A stretch of DNA of 64,000 nucleotides from Macrostomum lignano (GCA_002269645.1 NIVC01000192.1:1-64000); one strand, 5' to 3'. Shown: positions 12,511-25,870, numbered from the stretch's first letter. The notes: generated by a model from the letters alone, not told the origin. Made by a program: numbers and translations.

Positions 12511-13695
12511 GGACATATACTAATATAAATTGGCTCAACTGATTTTCTTTAAACTTGTACCATTCAATCAGAAATTTTCCTGGGATAGTACATGTATTGT
12601 GGCTAAGAAATTGCTCAATGTTAAAGGGATTAAATATTCGAAAAACATGCTTTTTTGCAAAGTTAAAGCAATTTTTTTGACTTAAAATGCAATTGTAAGA
12701 ATTTTAGAGAAAAATCTAACTGATTGAATTTTAATTCTAATAAAGATAGCATCATAACAAGTTGAAAACAGTGCCAAAGAAATGCACACAAGACTTGATT
12801 TAAATTGCATAACCAATATTGCTAACTTGAATTGAGACTGATACTGGCTGACTAAGAAATTCATTGTGTCATAACTTTTTACTGTAACTGACTTGCTATT
12901 AGAATTGAAGTATAAGGGCAACAGTTCATGTTCTCCAATTGAAAAGAGATAGCCTAGATGCAAACAGACTGGACTGCTAATGTAGCGACCTAGGTTCAAA
13001 TTTTAGTAGTGCAAAATGATTTTTTTATTAAAACACCTTAAAAACACAAAATGCTAAACATAAAAGAAGCACAATATCAAACAGAAAAGTGGCATGATGT
13101 CAAAAGTTATAGAGCTACCATGTTAAACATAAAAGAGCCACTATGTCAAACAAAAAAGAGCCACCATGTCAAACATAAGAGCCTCCATCTCAAATGTAAA
13201 AGAGCCACCATGTCAAACATAAAAGAGCTACTATGTCAAACATAAAAGAGCCACCACTTTAAACTTAAAGAGCCATCTATGAGGGGGTTGCTAGCTATCT
13301 ATAAGGATTCTTTGTATCCAGGGTTGCTTGCTATCTGGGTTATGCTTGCTATCTGGGGTTGCTTGCTATTGGGGGATGCTTGCTATCTGGGAGATGCTTG
13401 CTGTCTATGGGATGTTTGCTATTTAGGGGATGCTTGCTGTTTTGGGGATGTTTTCTATTAAGGGGGAATGTCTGTTATCTTTGTGAAAACTTTATTTTGT
13501 TGTCTTTCTATTAATTTAAAAAAGAGATTCATAGCAAAAATCTTTGTCCATAACAATTTTACTCAAATAAAGTGATTCTTAAAACTGAAACAGGAAATGT
13601 GCTTAAGAAAAAAGGTGCTTTTTTAATTGTTTTTCATAAATAATTTTTGCTCCTTACTTTTTTCATGCCCCAAAGAAAGGCACTAGAATTGCTAG
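12511..13695 (+). mobile_element. Non-autonomous Helitron-like element, copy H1 (degraded)
   Basis: Shared core (GGCTCAACxGATTTTC..AAACTTG..CCATTC), tRNA-like module ~12950-13000, 23-bp repeats 13080-13275, TGCTTGCTAT repeats, degenerate hairpin TGCC..GGCA, terminal CTAG at 13692-13695. Confidence 0.6.
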
Positions 13696-14365
13696 TCTAA
13701 TATACTAAAAATGAAATGCTTGGTTGCTTGCTTGTAATTGATTTTCTCCCGAACGGCTCAACCGATTTTCTTCAAACTTGCACCATTCGATCAGAAATTT
13801 TCCCGGGACGGTACATGCATATTGGCTAAGAAATTGCTCAATGTTAAAGGGATTAAATATTCGAAAAACATGATTTTTTGCAAAGGTCAAGCAGCTCTTT
13901 CGACCTGAAATGCATTGTAAGAATGCTAGAGAAAAATCTGACTGGTTGAATTCTGATTCTGAAATAGATTGCATCACAATACACTTTATTTATCGTCTGT
14001 GTACTGGCTGAATTTGACACTCAATTGAATTGCGTCACAGCTTTGAGGGTGAAAGTATAGTGCAGTACTGAATTTATATTACGTAACCATATTGTTAACT
14101 TTCATAGACACTGGTACTGACTTGCCTAAGAAATTGATTATGTCATAACTGCTTCGCGTGACTTTTTACTCTACCTGACTTGGTGTGAGTGTTGAATTAA
14201 TTATATAAGTGGTACAAATTCACTGATAACTTCGATGAGAGCTAGCCTAGAGCTGAGCAGACCAGACTGCTAATGCAGCGACCTGGGTTCGAATCTAAGT
14301 AGTTTAAAAGTAGTAGTGTAAAATTTTTTATTAAAAGCTTTTATTAAAGGACTAAATAAAAACAC

Positions 14366-16275
14366 TTAGATTACTGCACTCGATAAGCTAAGGATTATTG
14401 CTCTTGGCAAACCAAGGAATACTGCACTCGATAAGCCAAGGATTATTGCTCTTGGCAAACCAAGGATTACTGCACTCGATAAGCCATGGATTATTGCTAT
14501 TAATAAACCAAGGATTACTGCACTCGATAAGCCAAGGATTATTGCTATTAATAAACCATGAATTACTGCACTCGATAAGCCAAGGATTATTGCTATTAAT
14601 AAACCAAGGATTACTGCACTCATAAGCCATGGATTATTGCTATTAATAAACCAAGGGTTACTGCACTCGATAAGCCAAGGATTATTGCTATTAATAAACC
14701 AAGGATTACTGCACTCGATAAACCAAGGATTATTGCTATTAATAAACCAATGATTACTGCACTCGATAAGCCAAGGACTATTGCTATTAATAAACCAAGG
14801 ATTACTGCACTCAATAAACCAAGGACTATTGCTCTTGGCAAACCAAGGATTACTGCACTCGATAAGCCAAGGACTATTGCTCTTGGCAAACCAAGGATTA
14901 CTGCACTCGATAAGCCATGGATTATTGCTATTAATAAACCAAGGATTACTGCACTCGATAAGCCAAGGATTATTGCTATTAATAAACTAAGGATTACTGC
15001 ACTCGATAAACCAAGGATTATTGCTATTAATAAACCAAGGATTATGCACTTGGCAAACCAAGGATTACTGCAATCGATAAGCCAAGGATTATTGCTATTA
15101 ATAAACCAAGCATTACTGCACTCAATAAACCAAGGACTATTGCTATTAATAAACCAAGGATTACTGCACTCAAAAAACCAAGGACTATTGCTCTTGGCAA
15201 ACCAAGGATTACTGCACTCGATAAGCCAAGGATTATTGCTATTAATAAACCAAGGATTACTGCACTCGATAAGCCAAGGATTATTGCTATTAATAAACCA
15301 AGGATTAATGCACTCGATAAACCAAGGATTATTGCTATTAATAAACCAAGGATTACTGCACTCGATAAGCCAAGGATTATTGCTATTAATAAACCAAGGA
15401 TTATGCACTTGGCAAACCAAGGATTACTGCACTCGATAAGCCAAGGATTATTGCTATTAATAAACCAAGGATTACTGCACTCAATAAACCAAGGACTATT
15501 GCTATTAATAAACCAAGGATTACTGCACTCAATAAACCAAGGACTATTGCTCTTGGCAAACCAAGGATTACTGCACTCGATAAGCCAAGGACTATTGCTC
15601 TTGGCAAACCAAGGATTACTGCACTCGATAAGCCATGGATTATTGCTATTAATAAACCAAGGATTACTGCACTCGATAAGCCAAGGATTATTGCTATTAA
15701 TAAACCAAGGATTACTGCACTCGATAAACCAAGGATTATGCACTTGGCAAACCAAGGATTACTGCACTCGATAAGCCAAGGATTATTGCTATTAATAAAC
15801 CAAGGATTACTGCACTCAATAAACCAAGGACTATTGCTATTAATAAACCAAGGATTACTGCACTCAATAAACCAAGGACTATTGCTCTTGGCAAACCAAG
15901 GATTACTGCACTCGATAAGCCAAGGACTATTGCTCTTGGCAAACCAAGGATTACTGCACTCGATAAGCCATGGATTATTGCTATTAATAAACCAAGGATT
16001 ACTGCACTCGATAAGCCAAGGATTATTGCTATTAATAAACCAAGGATTACTGCACTCGATAAGGCATGGATTATTGCTATTAATAAACCAAGGATTACTG
16101 CACTCGATAAGCCAAGGATTATTGCTATTAATAAACCATGAATTACTGCACTCGATAAGCCAAGGATTATTGCTATTAATAAACCAAGGATTACTGCACT
16201 CGATAAGCCATGGATTATTGCTATTAATAAACCAAGGATTACTGCACTCGATAGCCAAGGATTACTGCGCTTGAT
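14366..16275. repeat. 24-bp minisatellite with 48-bp higher-order alternation (CCAAGGATTACTGCACTCGATAAG / CCAAGGATTATTGCTATTAATAAA)
   Basis: About 80 monomers seen directly; explains the 8-aa periodic ORFs. Confidence 0.95.
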
Positions 16276-16669
16276 AAGCTTGGCTACATGTATAGGATTA
16301 TTTCTATCCAGGGATGCTTGCTATTTAGGGATTCTTGCTATGTGCAGGATGCTTGCTATCTGGAAGGATGCTTCTACATTATTTGGGGTATGCTTGCTAT
16401 CTGCAAGATGCTTGCTATCTGCAAGATGCTTGCTATCTGCAGATGCTTGCTATCTGGGTGGATGCTTGCTAGGAGTATTAGGGGATGCTTGCTACTGGGG
16501 GATGCTTGCTGTCTTGGGAATATTTTCTATTTAGGGGTAATGACTAAAATTCATGAGAGCTAGCCTAGAGGTAAACAGACTAAACTGCTAAATGCAGGGA
16601 CGATGGTTCGAATTTTTAGAGAGTAGAGTTTTTTTAATTAAAGCCTTTTAACGCCAAGACAAAAAAAAT

Positions 16670-17580
16670 TATGGAAGCGTCATGTAAACAATCATACAAG
16701 CGTCATGTAAACAATCATAGAAGCGTCATGTAAACAATCATAGAAGCGTCATGTAAAAATCATAGAAGCGTCATGTAAAAATCATAGAAGCGTAATGTAA
16801 ACAATCATAGAAGCGTCATGTTAAAATCATAAAAGCGTCATGTAAACAATCATACAAGCGTCATGTAAACAATCATAGAAGCGTCATGTAAAAAAATCAT
16901 AGAAGCGTCATGTTAAAATCATAAAAGCGTCATAAAAAATCATAGAAGCGTCATGCAAGCAATCATAGAAGCGTAATGTAAACAATCATAGAAGCGTCAT
17001 GTTAAAATCATACAAGCGTCATGTAAACAATCATACAAGCGTCATGTAAACAATCATAGAAGCGTCATGTAAAAAAATCATAGAAGCGTCATGTTAAAAT
17101 CATAGAAGCGTCATGTAAACAATCATAGAAGCGTCATGTAAACAATCATAGAAGCGTCATGTAAAAATCATAGAAGCGTCATGTAAAAATCATAGAAGCG
17201 TCATGTAAACAATCATAAAAGCGTCATGTAAACAATCATAGAAGCGTCATGTATACAATCATAGAAGCGTCATGTAAACAATCATAGAAGCGTCATGTAT
17301 ACAATCATAGAAGCGTCATGTAAACAATCATAGAAGCGTCATGTAAAAATCATAGAAGCGTCATGTAAAAATCATAGAAGCGTCATGTAAAAATCATAGA
17401 AGCGTCATGTAAAAAATCATAGAAGCGTCATGTAAAAATCATAAAAGCGTCATGTAAAAAATCATAGAAGCGTCATGTAAACAATCATACAAGCGTCATG
17501 TAAACAATCATAGAAGCGTCATGTAAAAATCATACAAGCGTCATGTAAACAAGCATAGAAGCGTCATGAAAAAATTATAG
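16670..17580. repeat. 22/23-bp minisatellite (TAGAAGCGTCATGTAAACAATCA)
   Basis: About 40 copies, degenerating downstream. Confidence 0.95.
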
Positions 17581-18538
17581 AAGCCTCATATAAAAACTAA
17601 TGAAAGTGTGTCATTTAAAAAATTAAGGAGCATCATGGAAGAATAAAAGAAGCGTAACGTAAAAATCAAAAGAAGCGTCATGTCAGACATGAAAGAAATG
17701 TCATATAAAAATTAAATGAAGCTATAGTACAGTGCTGTGCTGGGGAGAATTACTGAGACGTCAAGGCTCACAGAGAATAACTGAGATTACAGGGGGGTTT
17801 CTGAGATGTTAAAGCAAAAGTCAGAAGCTACTTCAAAGTACATGTACTTTACTTAAGTTTTTTATTGCATTCTTTGTTGGCTTGCCACGGTGGGGGGGAG
17901 GGCGCTGATAGAAGAAGAGTCATGTAAAAATAAAAGGAGCACTATGTATACATAAAATAAAAGTCATGTCAAAGTTAAAAGATTCATTTGGGAATTGCTA
18001 CGATGTCAAAGCTTGGAGGGAATCGTTATAGTGCTGTGATTCTTAAAGAAGGAATCACTTAAATGCCAAGGCTTAGGGAAGAAGAATTGCTGTGATTTCA
18101 AGGCTTTAGGTTGGGTGAAAGTTAGGTTTACGTCAGGTTTGGGTTGAGGGTTAGATTTTAGCGCGTTTCAAGGTTAACAGGGGATTTTTTAGATTTCAAG
18201 GTTTATGGGGGGCATCGCTGACATGTCAAGGCTTACGAGGGGAATCTATCTATCTATCTATAGCTGAGATGTCAAGGCTCACGGGGAATAAATGAGATGT
18301 CAAGGCTAATGTCAGAAGCTACATGTAGTTTATTGGAAAAAAGTTATTACATTATTTGTTGGCTCCTCACGGGAGGGATCGCTGATAGAAAAAGCGTAAT
18401 GTAAAAAAAAAAGAAGCTTCATGTCAAAGTTAAGAGATTCATTTGGGAATCCCTACGATGTCGAGGCTTGCAGGGAATCGCTATAATGCTGTAGTAGTGC
18501 TATAGACTCTTAGAGAGAATTACTGAAATTTCAATGCT

Positions 18539-18572
18539 TTAGGGTTAGGGTTAGGGTTAGGGTTAGGGTTAG
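18539..18572 (+). repeat. Short interstitial telomeric tract (TTAGGG)5
   Basis: Five perfect TTAGGG units plus TTAG. Confidence 0.9.
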
Positions 18573-19156
18573 AAAATAGACAGATTTTTTAAGATTTCAA
18601 GGCTTGTGGGAGCATTGCTGAGATGTCAAGGGGGGAGTTGATATGTTAAGGCTTGTGGGGGGGGATTGCTGACATGTCAAGGCTTACAAGGGTACTGGTA
18701 GCGTACTGAAGCATACTGGTAGAAGTAGCTCTGAAAGAAGGCAAGTATGGTTGAATTTCAATGTCTGTTATAAAATTCTGCACAAACATGTTTTATTGGT
18801 ACATAAGCCTGGAATTAAAATGAAAATTCGATTCCTAGCCCCCCTCCCTAAGAATTTTTTTTTTCATTTAAAAGGATTCGTCCCTTGCTTATTGGCCACC
18901 CCGAAGGCCATTTTTTATCAAAAATGATAAAAATAATTTTTATCAAACACGTTGACATATACAGGGCTCTAAACTAAAAACTGTAAAAAGTTGATAGTTT
19001 TGTTTTACCTAAAATGCGTTATTAACGATCTCCAAAAATTCCTATTTTAAGCTTAAGCTTAAGAAAAACACTTAAAGTACTCCTGCTAAAAGGTATATTA
19101 TATTAGACGAATATTAATTATTTCTGCTCCCCGAAGGGGGGCAATACTTTAGCTAG

Positions 19157-22100
19157 TCCATATACTAAAAATGGTCTGTCGGTATGTGTGTGTGTGTATG
19201 TGTGTGTGTGTGATCGATTTTAGCAAAAACGGCTCAACCGATTTTCTTCGAACTTGCACTGTTCGATCAGAAATTTTCCCGTGACAGTACATGCATCGTG
19301 GCTAAGAAATTGCTTGATGCTAAAGGGATTAAATATTCGAAAAACATGCTTTTTTGCAAAGGTCAAGCAGCTCTTTCGACTTGAAATGCATCGTAAGAAT
19401 GCTAGCAGAAAAACTGACTGGTTGAATTCTGATTCTGAAATAGATTGCATCACAATACACTTTATTTATCGTCTGTGTACTGGCTGAATTTGACACTCAA
19501 TTGAATTGCGTCACAGCTTTGAGTGTGAAAGCATAGCGCAGTACTGAATTTATATTACGTAACCATATTGTAAACTTTCATAGACACTGGTACTGACTTG
19601 CCTAAGAAATTGATTATGTCATAACTGCTTCGTGAGACTTTTTACTCTACCTGACTTGGTGTGAGTGTTGAATTATATAAGTGGTACAACATCACTGATA
19701 ACTTCGATGAGAGCTAGCCTAGAGCTGAACAGACCAGACTGCTAATGCAGCGACCTAGGTTCGAATCTAAGTAGTTTAAAAGTAGTAGTGTAAATTTTTT
19801 TATTAAAAGGTTTTATTAAAGGACTAAATAAAAACACTTAGATTACTGCACTCGATAAGCCAAGGATTATTGCTATTAATAAACCAAGGACTACTGCACT
19901 CGATAAACCAAGGACTATTGCTCTTGGCAAACCAAGGATTACTGCACTCAAGAAGCCAAGGATTATTGCTATTAATAAACCAAGGATTACTGCACTTGGA
20001 AAACCAAGGATTACTGCACTCGATAAACCAAGGACTATTGCTCTTGGCAAACCAAGGATTACTGCACTCAAGAAGCCAAGGATTATTGCACTTGGAAAAC
20101 CAAGGATTACTGCACTCGATAAACCAAGGACTATTGCTCTTGGCAAACCAAGGATTACTGCACTCAAGAAGCCAAGGATTATTGCTATTAATAAACCAAG
20201 GATTACTGCACTTGGAAAACCAAGGATTACTGCACTCGATAAACCAAGGACTATTGCTCTTGGCAAACCAAGGATTACTGCACTCAAGAAGCCAAGGATT
20301 ATTGCACTTGGAAAACCAAGGATTACTGCACTCGATAAACCAAGGACTATTGCACTTGATAAACCAAGGAATATTGCACTTGATAGGCCAAGGATTACTG
20401 CACTTGATAAACCAAGGATTATTGCACTTGATAGGCCAAAGATTACTGCGCTTGATAAACCAAGGATTATTGCACTTGATAAACCAAGGATTATTGCACT
20501 TGATAAGCCAAGGATTACTGCGCTTGATAAACCAAGGATTATTGCACTTGATAAACAAAGGATTATTGCACTTGATAAACAAAGGATTATTGCACTTGAT
20601 AAACAAAGGATTATTGCACTTGATAAACCAAGGATTATTGCACTTGATAAGCCAAGGATTATTGCACTTGATAAGCCATGGATTATTGCACTTGATAGTA
20701 AAGAATGTTGCACTTGATAAGCCAAGGATTAATGCACTGGATTATTCAAGGATTATTGATATTAATAAACCAAGGACTACTCCACTCGATAAACCAAGGA
20801 TTATTGCTCTTAATAAACCAAGGATTACTGCACTTGGAAAACTAAGGATTACTGCACTCGATAAACCAAAGACTATTGCACTTGATAAACCAAGGATTAT
20901 TGCACTTGATAGGCCAAGGATTACTGCACTTGATAAACCAAGGATTATTGCACTTGATAGGCCAAAAATTACTGCGCTTGATAAACCAAGGATTATTGCA
21001 CTTGATAAACCAAGGATTATTGCACTTGATAAGCCAAGGATTATTGCACTTGATAAACAAATGATTATTGCAGTTGATAAGCCAAGGATTATTGCATCTG
21101 ATAAACCAAAGATTATTGCACTTGATAAACCAAGGATTATTGCACTTGATAAACAAAGGATTATTGCACTTGATAGGCCAAAGATTACTGCGCTTGATAA
21201 ACCAAGGATTATTGCACTTGATAAACCAAGGATTATTGCACTTGATAAGCCAAGGATTATTGCACTTGATAAACCAAGGATTATTGCAGTTGATAAGCCA
21301 AGGATTATTGCATCTGATAAACCAAGGATTATTGCACTTGATAAACCAAGGATTATTGCACTTGATAAACCAAGGATTATTGCACTTGATAAACCAAGGA
21401 TTATTGCTCTTGGCAAACCAAGGATTACTGCACTCGATAAGCCAAGGATTATTGCTCTTAATAAACCAAGGATTACTGCACTTGGAAAACTAAGGATTAC
21501 TGCACTCGATAAACTAAGGATTATTGCTCTTGGCAAACCAAGGATTATTGCACTTGATAGGCCAAGGATTACTGCACTTGATAAACCAAGGATTATTGCA
21601 CTTGATAAACCAAGGATTATTGCACTTGATAAGCCAAGGATTATTGCACTTGATAGGCCAAGGATTACTGCGCTTGATAAACCAAGGATTATTGCACTTG
21701 ATAAACCAAGGATTATTGCAGTTGATAAGCCAAGGATTATTGCACTTGATAAACCAAGGATTATTACACTTGATAAACCAAGGATTATTGCACTTGATAA
21801 ACCAAGGATTATTGCACTTGATAGGCCAAGGATTACTGCACTTGATAAACCAAGGATTATTGCACTTGATAGGCCAAAGATTACTGCGCTTGATAAACCA
21901 AGGATTATTGCAGTTGATAAGCCAAGGATTATTGCACTTGATAAACCAAGGATTATTTCACTTGATAAACCAAGGATTATTGCACTTGATAAACAAATAT
22001 TGCACTTGATAAACCAAGGATTATTGCACCTGATAAGCCAAGGATTACTGCGCTAGATAAACCAAGGATTATTGCACTTAATAAACCAAGGATTATTGCA

Positions 22101-23095
22101 CTTAATAAACCAAGGATTATTGCACTTGATAAACCAAGGATTATTGCACTTGATAAACAAAGGATTATTGCACTTGATAAACCAAGGATTATTGCACTTT
22201 ATAAGCCAAAGATTACTGCACTTGATAAACCAAGGATTATTGCACTTGATAAACCAAGGATTATTGCACTTGATTAATCAAGGATTATTGCTATTAATAA
22301 ACAAGGATTATTGCACTAGCTGAGAAGCTGATTACTGCGCTGTCTAAAAAAGAGATTATTGCGCTCGCTGAGACGTGGATTGTTGCACAACCTGAGAAAG
22401 CGATTATTGCATTAGCGGAAGTAACATTTGCACTAGCTACTTGCTGTCTCGTGGATGCTTGCTCTCGAGGGGGGATACTTGCTATTTGGGAGAGGGGGTA
22501 CTGGCTACATGCATGGGATTCTTTCTATCCAGGGATGCTTGCTATTCAGGGATTCTTGCTATCTGCAGGATGCTTGCTATTTAGGGATTCTTGCTATCTG
22601 CAGGATGCTTGCTATCTGGGTGGATGCTTCTATAATATCTGGGGGGTGCTTGCTATCTGCAGGATGCTTCTATAATATCTGGGGGTGCTTGCTATCTGCA
22701 GAATGCTTGCTATCTGGGTGGATGCTTCTATAATATCTGGGGGGTGCTTGCTAATCTGCAGATGCTTGCTATCTGTGGTGATTCTTGCTATGAGCATTAG
22801 AGGATGCTTGCTATCTGCGATTGTTCACTTTTGGAGGGGGTTGCTTGCTGTCTTGGGAATATTTTCTATTTAGGGAAACGATATTTTGTTGACTGTTTGT
22901 TAATTTTAGAGAAAAAGTGATTTTTTAATTTTGCAAACATCTTAGTCCGTGACAATTTTACACGAATAAGGTGATTTTTAAAATGTGAAGAAGGAATTAG
23001 TGTTTAAGAAAATGTGTTTTTTTATTGTTTTCCATGAACTATTTTTGCTCCTTTCTTATTGGGCGCCCCGAAGGGGGGCCGCACTAGATTGCTAG
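19157..23095 (+). mobile_element. Non-autonomous Helitron-like element, copy H3
   Basis: Starts TCCATATACTAAAAATGGTCTGTC followed by (GT)n. Core is near-identical to H2. Ends GCCCC-GAA-GGGG hairpin (23065-23077) and CTAG (23092-23095). Another 5' end with (TCTG)n begins at 23110. Confidence 0.75.
19836..22330. repeat. 24-bp minisatellite (CCAAGGATTATTGCACTTGATAAA), same family as 14366-16275
   Basis: About 100 monomers; source of the spurious 728-aa ORF. Confidence 0.95.
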
Positions 23096-24625
23096 TCAAG
23101 TGCTAAAAGTCCAAATATACTAAATGTCTAAGATCTGTCTGTCTGTCTGTCTGTCCATCTGTAACACTAGAGATTGCAATTCTAGACCAATTTCGATCAC
23201 ATTTTCACCAAATCAAGTGCTAAATGTACTGCTATTTTACTTTGAACAAGATTTCCAATGTATGCAAAAGTAACTATTTAACTATCAGTAATATGTTCAA
23301 AAAATAAAAGTAAAATTATAGCAAATTTGCTCTTTTGTCTGTCTATTTTTTCATTTTGTTTAGTAGGCCTATACTATTTTAGGTCTAGGACAAAAAAGAT
23401 AAGTATAAATTACTAGTCAAATTAAATAGCATTTATTAAATAATTAATGTTCCAAAATTTAATATTAGAATTGGGCCTTGAAAATTTCAGTTTTGATTTC
23501 AAATCTTTATGGCATCTATATTTTCCTTAAATGGAAATATAGATGCCATATAAGAAGCTGAAGGATTAAGATAATTTGAGATACAATCTACATATAAAAT
23601 AGAAAAGAGATTAGAGATAAAAGAACAAAAAGTAGAAAAAAAGGCTAAGGAGAGAGTGAGACAATAAAGGAAATAAGAAGAGTAGCAAATCCTCAGACTT
23701 AAGAAACACAAAGAACCAAAATGTTAAATCAATATGCAGGGATAACTATAGATTGACTAATATTCTTTATGAATTAAATTCTTTTTTTCTTGTTTGTAAG
23801 GTTTTTTTACAATGTGCCATTTAGATTTATGATTCCTTTAGACTAAACAATGTGTTTTGCATATTACCATGCAATAATTCCTTTGGGTTTCCAGTTCCCA
23901 CCTGTTTCTTTATTAGGCCTAGTCTTAGTCTACATATGCATCCGAGGTATACACATCCCATTTCTATTATCTTGATCTAGAATCCTATTAGTTGAGACTT
24001 TGTATCTCACCCACTGTCTAAAAAGCTACAATTTTAACAAATCTTAGATTTTAAAACCTTTAACCTATAGATTTAGTATATACACATATTGAGATTTACT
24101 AAACTGGATATTAGTACATATTTAAAAATTCAGTATATAGCAATGTTAAAGCAATCTAGTGCAGCCCCCCTTCAGGGTGCCCAATAAGCAAGGACGCCCA
24201 ATAAGCTTTTTTGTCTCTGCTTCTTATCTTTTGATTGCATTGTTACCATTAGAAATATATTTAAAAAATTGACTTAAATTTTAATGTCAACTTACAAATC
24301 AGTTTGATCTATCTTTTGTATTAAATTAAAAAATGTTATTTAAATTTATATTTTATTTGCATTTTGATTACTTAAAGAATTACTCATACTTTTCTAGAAT
24401 TTGTTAAAGTAAAAAATGAACCTTGAGCATGAGACTCCTACTTTTTAAACCTATTTAGGAACTCAAAATCTTCTAGAAATGGCTCTATGAATGATAGGTG
24501 CTTCAAGTTAAATGCCACAAAGACTGAAGCAAACACCATTTTGCACTCAAGGACTGAAGAGCTGCTTGAATTGCAATGTTGGACTCAGAAGCAACATGAA
24601 TGGTCATATTCATCAGATTAATAAA

Positions 24626-24948
24626 CATACATGCCCAAACTCAAAATTTTACCTGTCCAGTGAAACTTAGTTCCTCCCAATTGCAACTTAGTTCCTCTTG
24701 ATTGCGACTTAGTTCCCCTGATTGCGACTTAATCTTCACTTTGTATATGACTTTTCTTGCCTTTTTCTCTTTTCTTCTCTTTCTCTCTCCTCTTTCCCCT
24801 CTCTCTTCTCCCTCCTTTCTTTTCCCTTTCCTCTCCTTTCTTTCCCCAATTTTTCCTTTTTTGTGTTTTTGATTTTGCAACTTACCTTGGCCGGCAGCCA
24901 TTTCACCTGTCCAGTTCGGACTTGTCGGACAGGTGTTGGGCATGTATG
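24626..24948. mobile_element. hAT-like MITE (323 bp)
   Basis: Perfect 13-bp TIR CATACATGCCCAA / TTGGGCATGTATG. 8-bp TSD TTAATAAA at 24618-24625 and 24949-24956. Confidence 0.9.
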
Positions 24949-25746
24949 TTAATAAAGACTAGTTGGTGCTTGTCAAATGGCCTAGCTGAAGGTACCTTTA
25001 GCAAAACTAGTAAGTAAATTTAGGCCAACAAAATTGCTAAGGTTTAATGTTGACCTTTTGGCCTTTTTGAGTCCTTAGCTAAGTCCATTAGCTTCATTCT
25101 AAAATCTGCTTGATCAATCTCATTTAGTGGGTTGCAGTTGCTCTTCTTAGGCTTCACATACAATGAGCTCATCATATAAGTCTCAATGAAAAGCAGCTTA
25201 GAAGTTTGTAGCAAGGGGAACTTTAACAACCTCTATCAAGGTGGCCTCCTATAGAATCCTGCTTTGGTTGAATCACAAGTACACTAGTGAATTTCACTTC
25301 AAATGGTTAAATCAGTCTCATTTCTTGAACAAATGAAGAAACATTTTTCTCCTTTGAACTTTTCTGGTAGACCTGGTTGAAGTAAATAAAAAAGTCAACA
25401 ATACCCATAGCATGCATTAATTTATGTGAGGGTCTATTTAAAATAGCAATTCTTTTGTTACAATCATGAAACTGTTTTGGCGCAATTACTGCTCTATTGA
25501 AGCAGTTCTTTTATAACATTAGAAGGTCAGCCTGAGTTTGTAGCAATTGCTAATGCCCCTAATGCCAGTTGATACTAATTTCTTGTTCAGGGTATGTAGG
25601 TAGCTTGAGTGCGCCAGATATTATCTCTCTGACTGTGCCTCTAGTACTGTCATGTCACACCACACTGGCTGCTATCAGTACCCGCTATGTCTGTGGTTGG
25701 CCTTTCAGGTTGGGGTTGGCTGGGGGCGTGGCAAGGTGCTCTCTTT

Positions 25747-25754
25747 TATAAAAA
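25747..25754 (+). promoter_or_regulatory. Candidate TATA box upstream of GDH
   Basis: TATAAAAA about 120 bp upstream of the ATG at 25871; motif match only. Confidence 0.3.
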
Positions 25755-25870
25755 TACACGCAATAGCAACTATTACTTGCAGAGAGCGAGTTCTTCTTCA
25801 ACTGTTGAACACAAAATAGTAAAAGAAGAAAACAAAAAACCAGCAAAGGAACTTTTTGATTCTCTAAAGA

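Larger units (their letters stand above)
13696..19156 (+). mobile_element. Non-autonomous Helitron-like element, copy H2
   Basis: Starts TCTAATATACTAAAAATG directly after the CTAG of H1. Ends with CCCC-GAA-GGGG hairpin (19129-19139) and CTAG (19153-19156). Confidence 0.7.

Noticed and set aside
14240-14296. Functional tRNA-Ser gene
   Set aside because: A/B boxes and an anticodon-like loop are present, but acceptor and anticodon stems do not pair; treated as a tRNA-derived module.
19870-22056. 728-aa ORF and the other LLHLINQG / ALDKPRII ORFs at 14.4-22.3 kb (superficially LRR-like)
   Set aside because: Pure translation of a 24-bp minisatellite, open in several frames on both strands; no unique domain or splice context.
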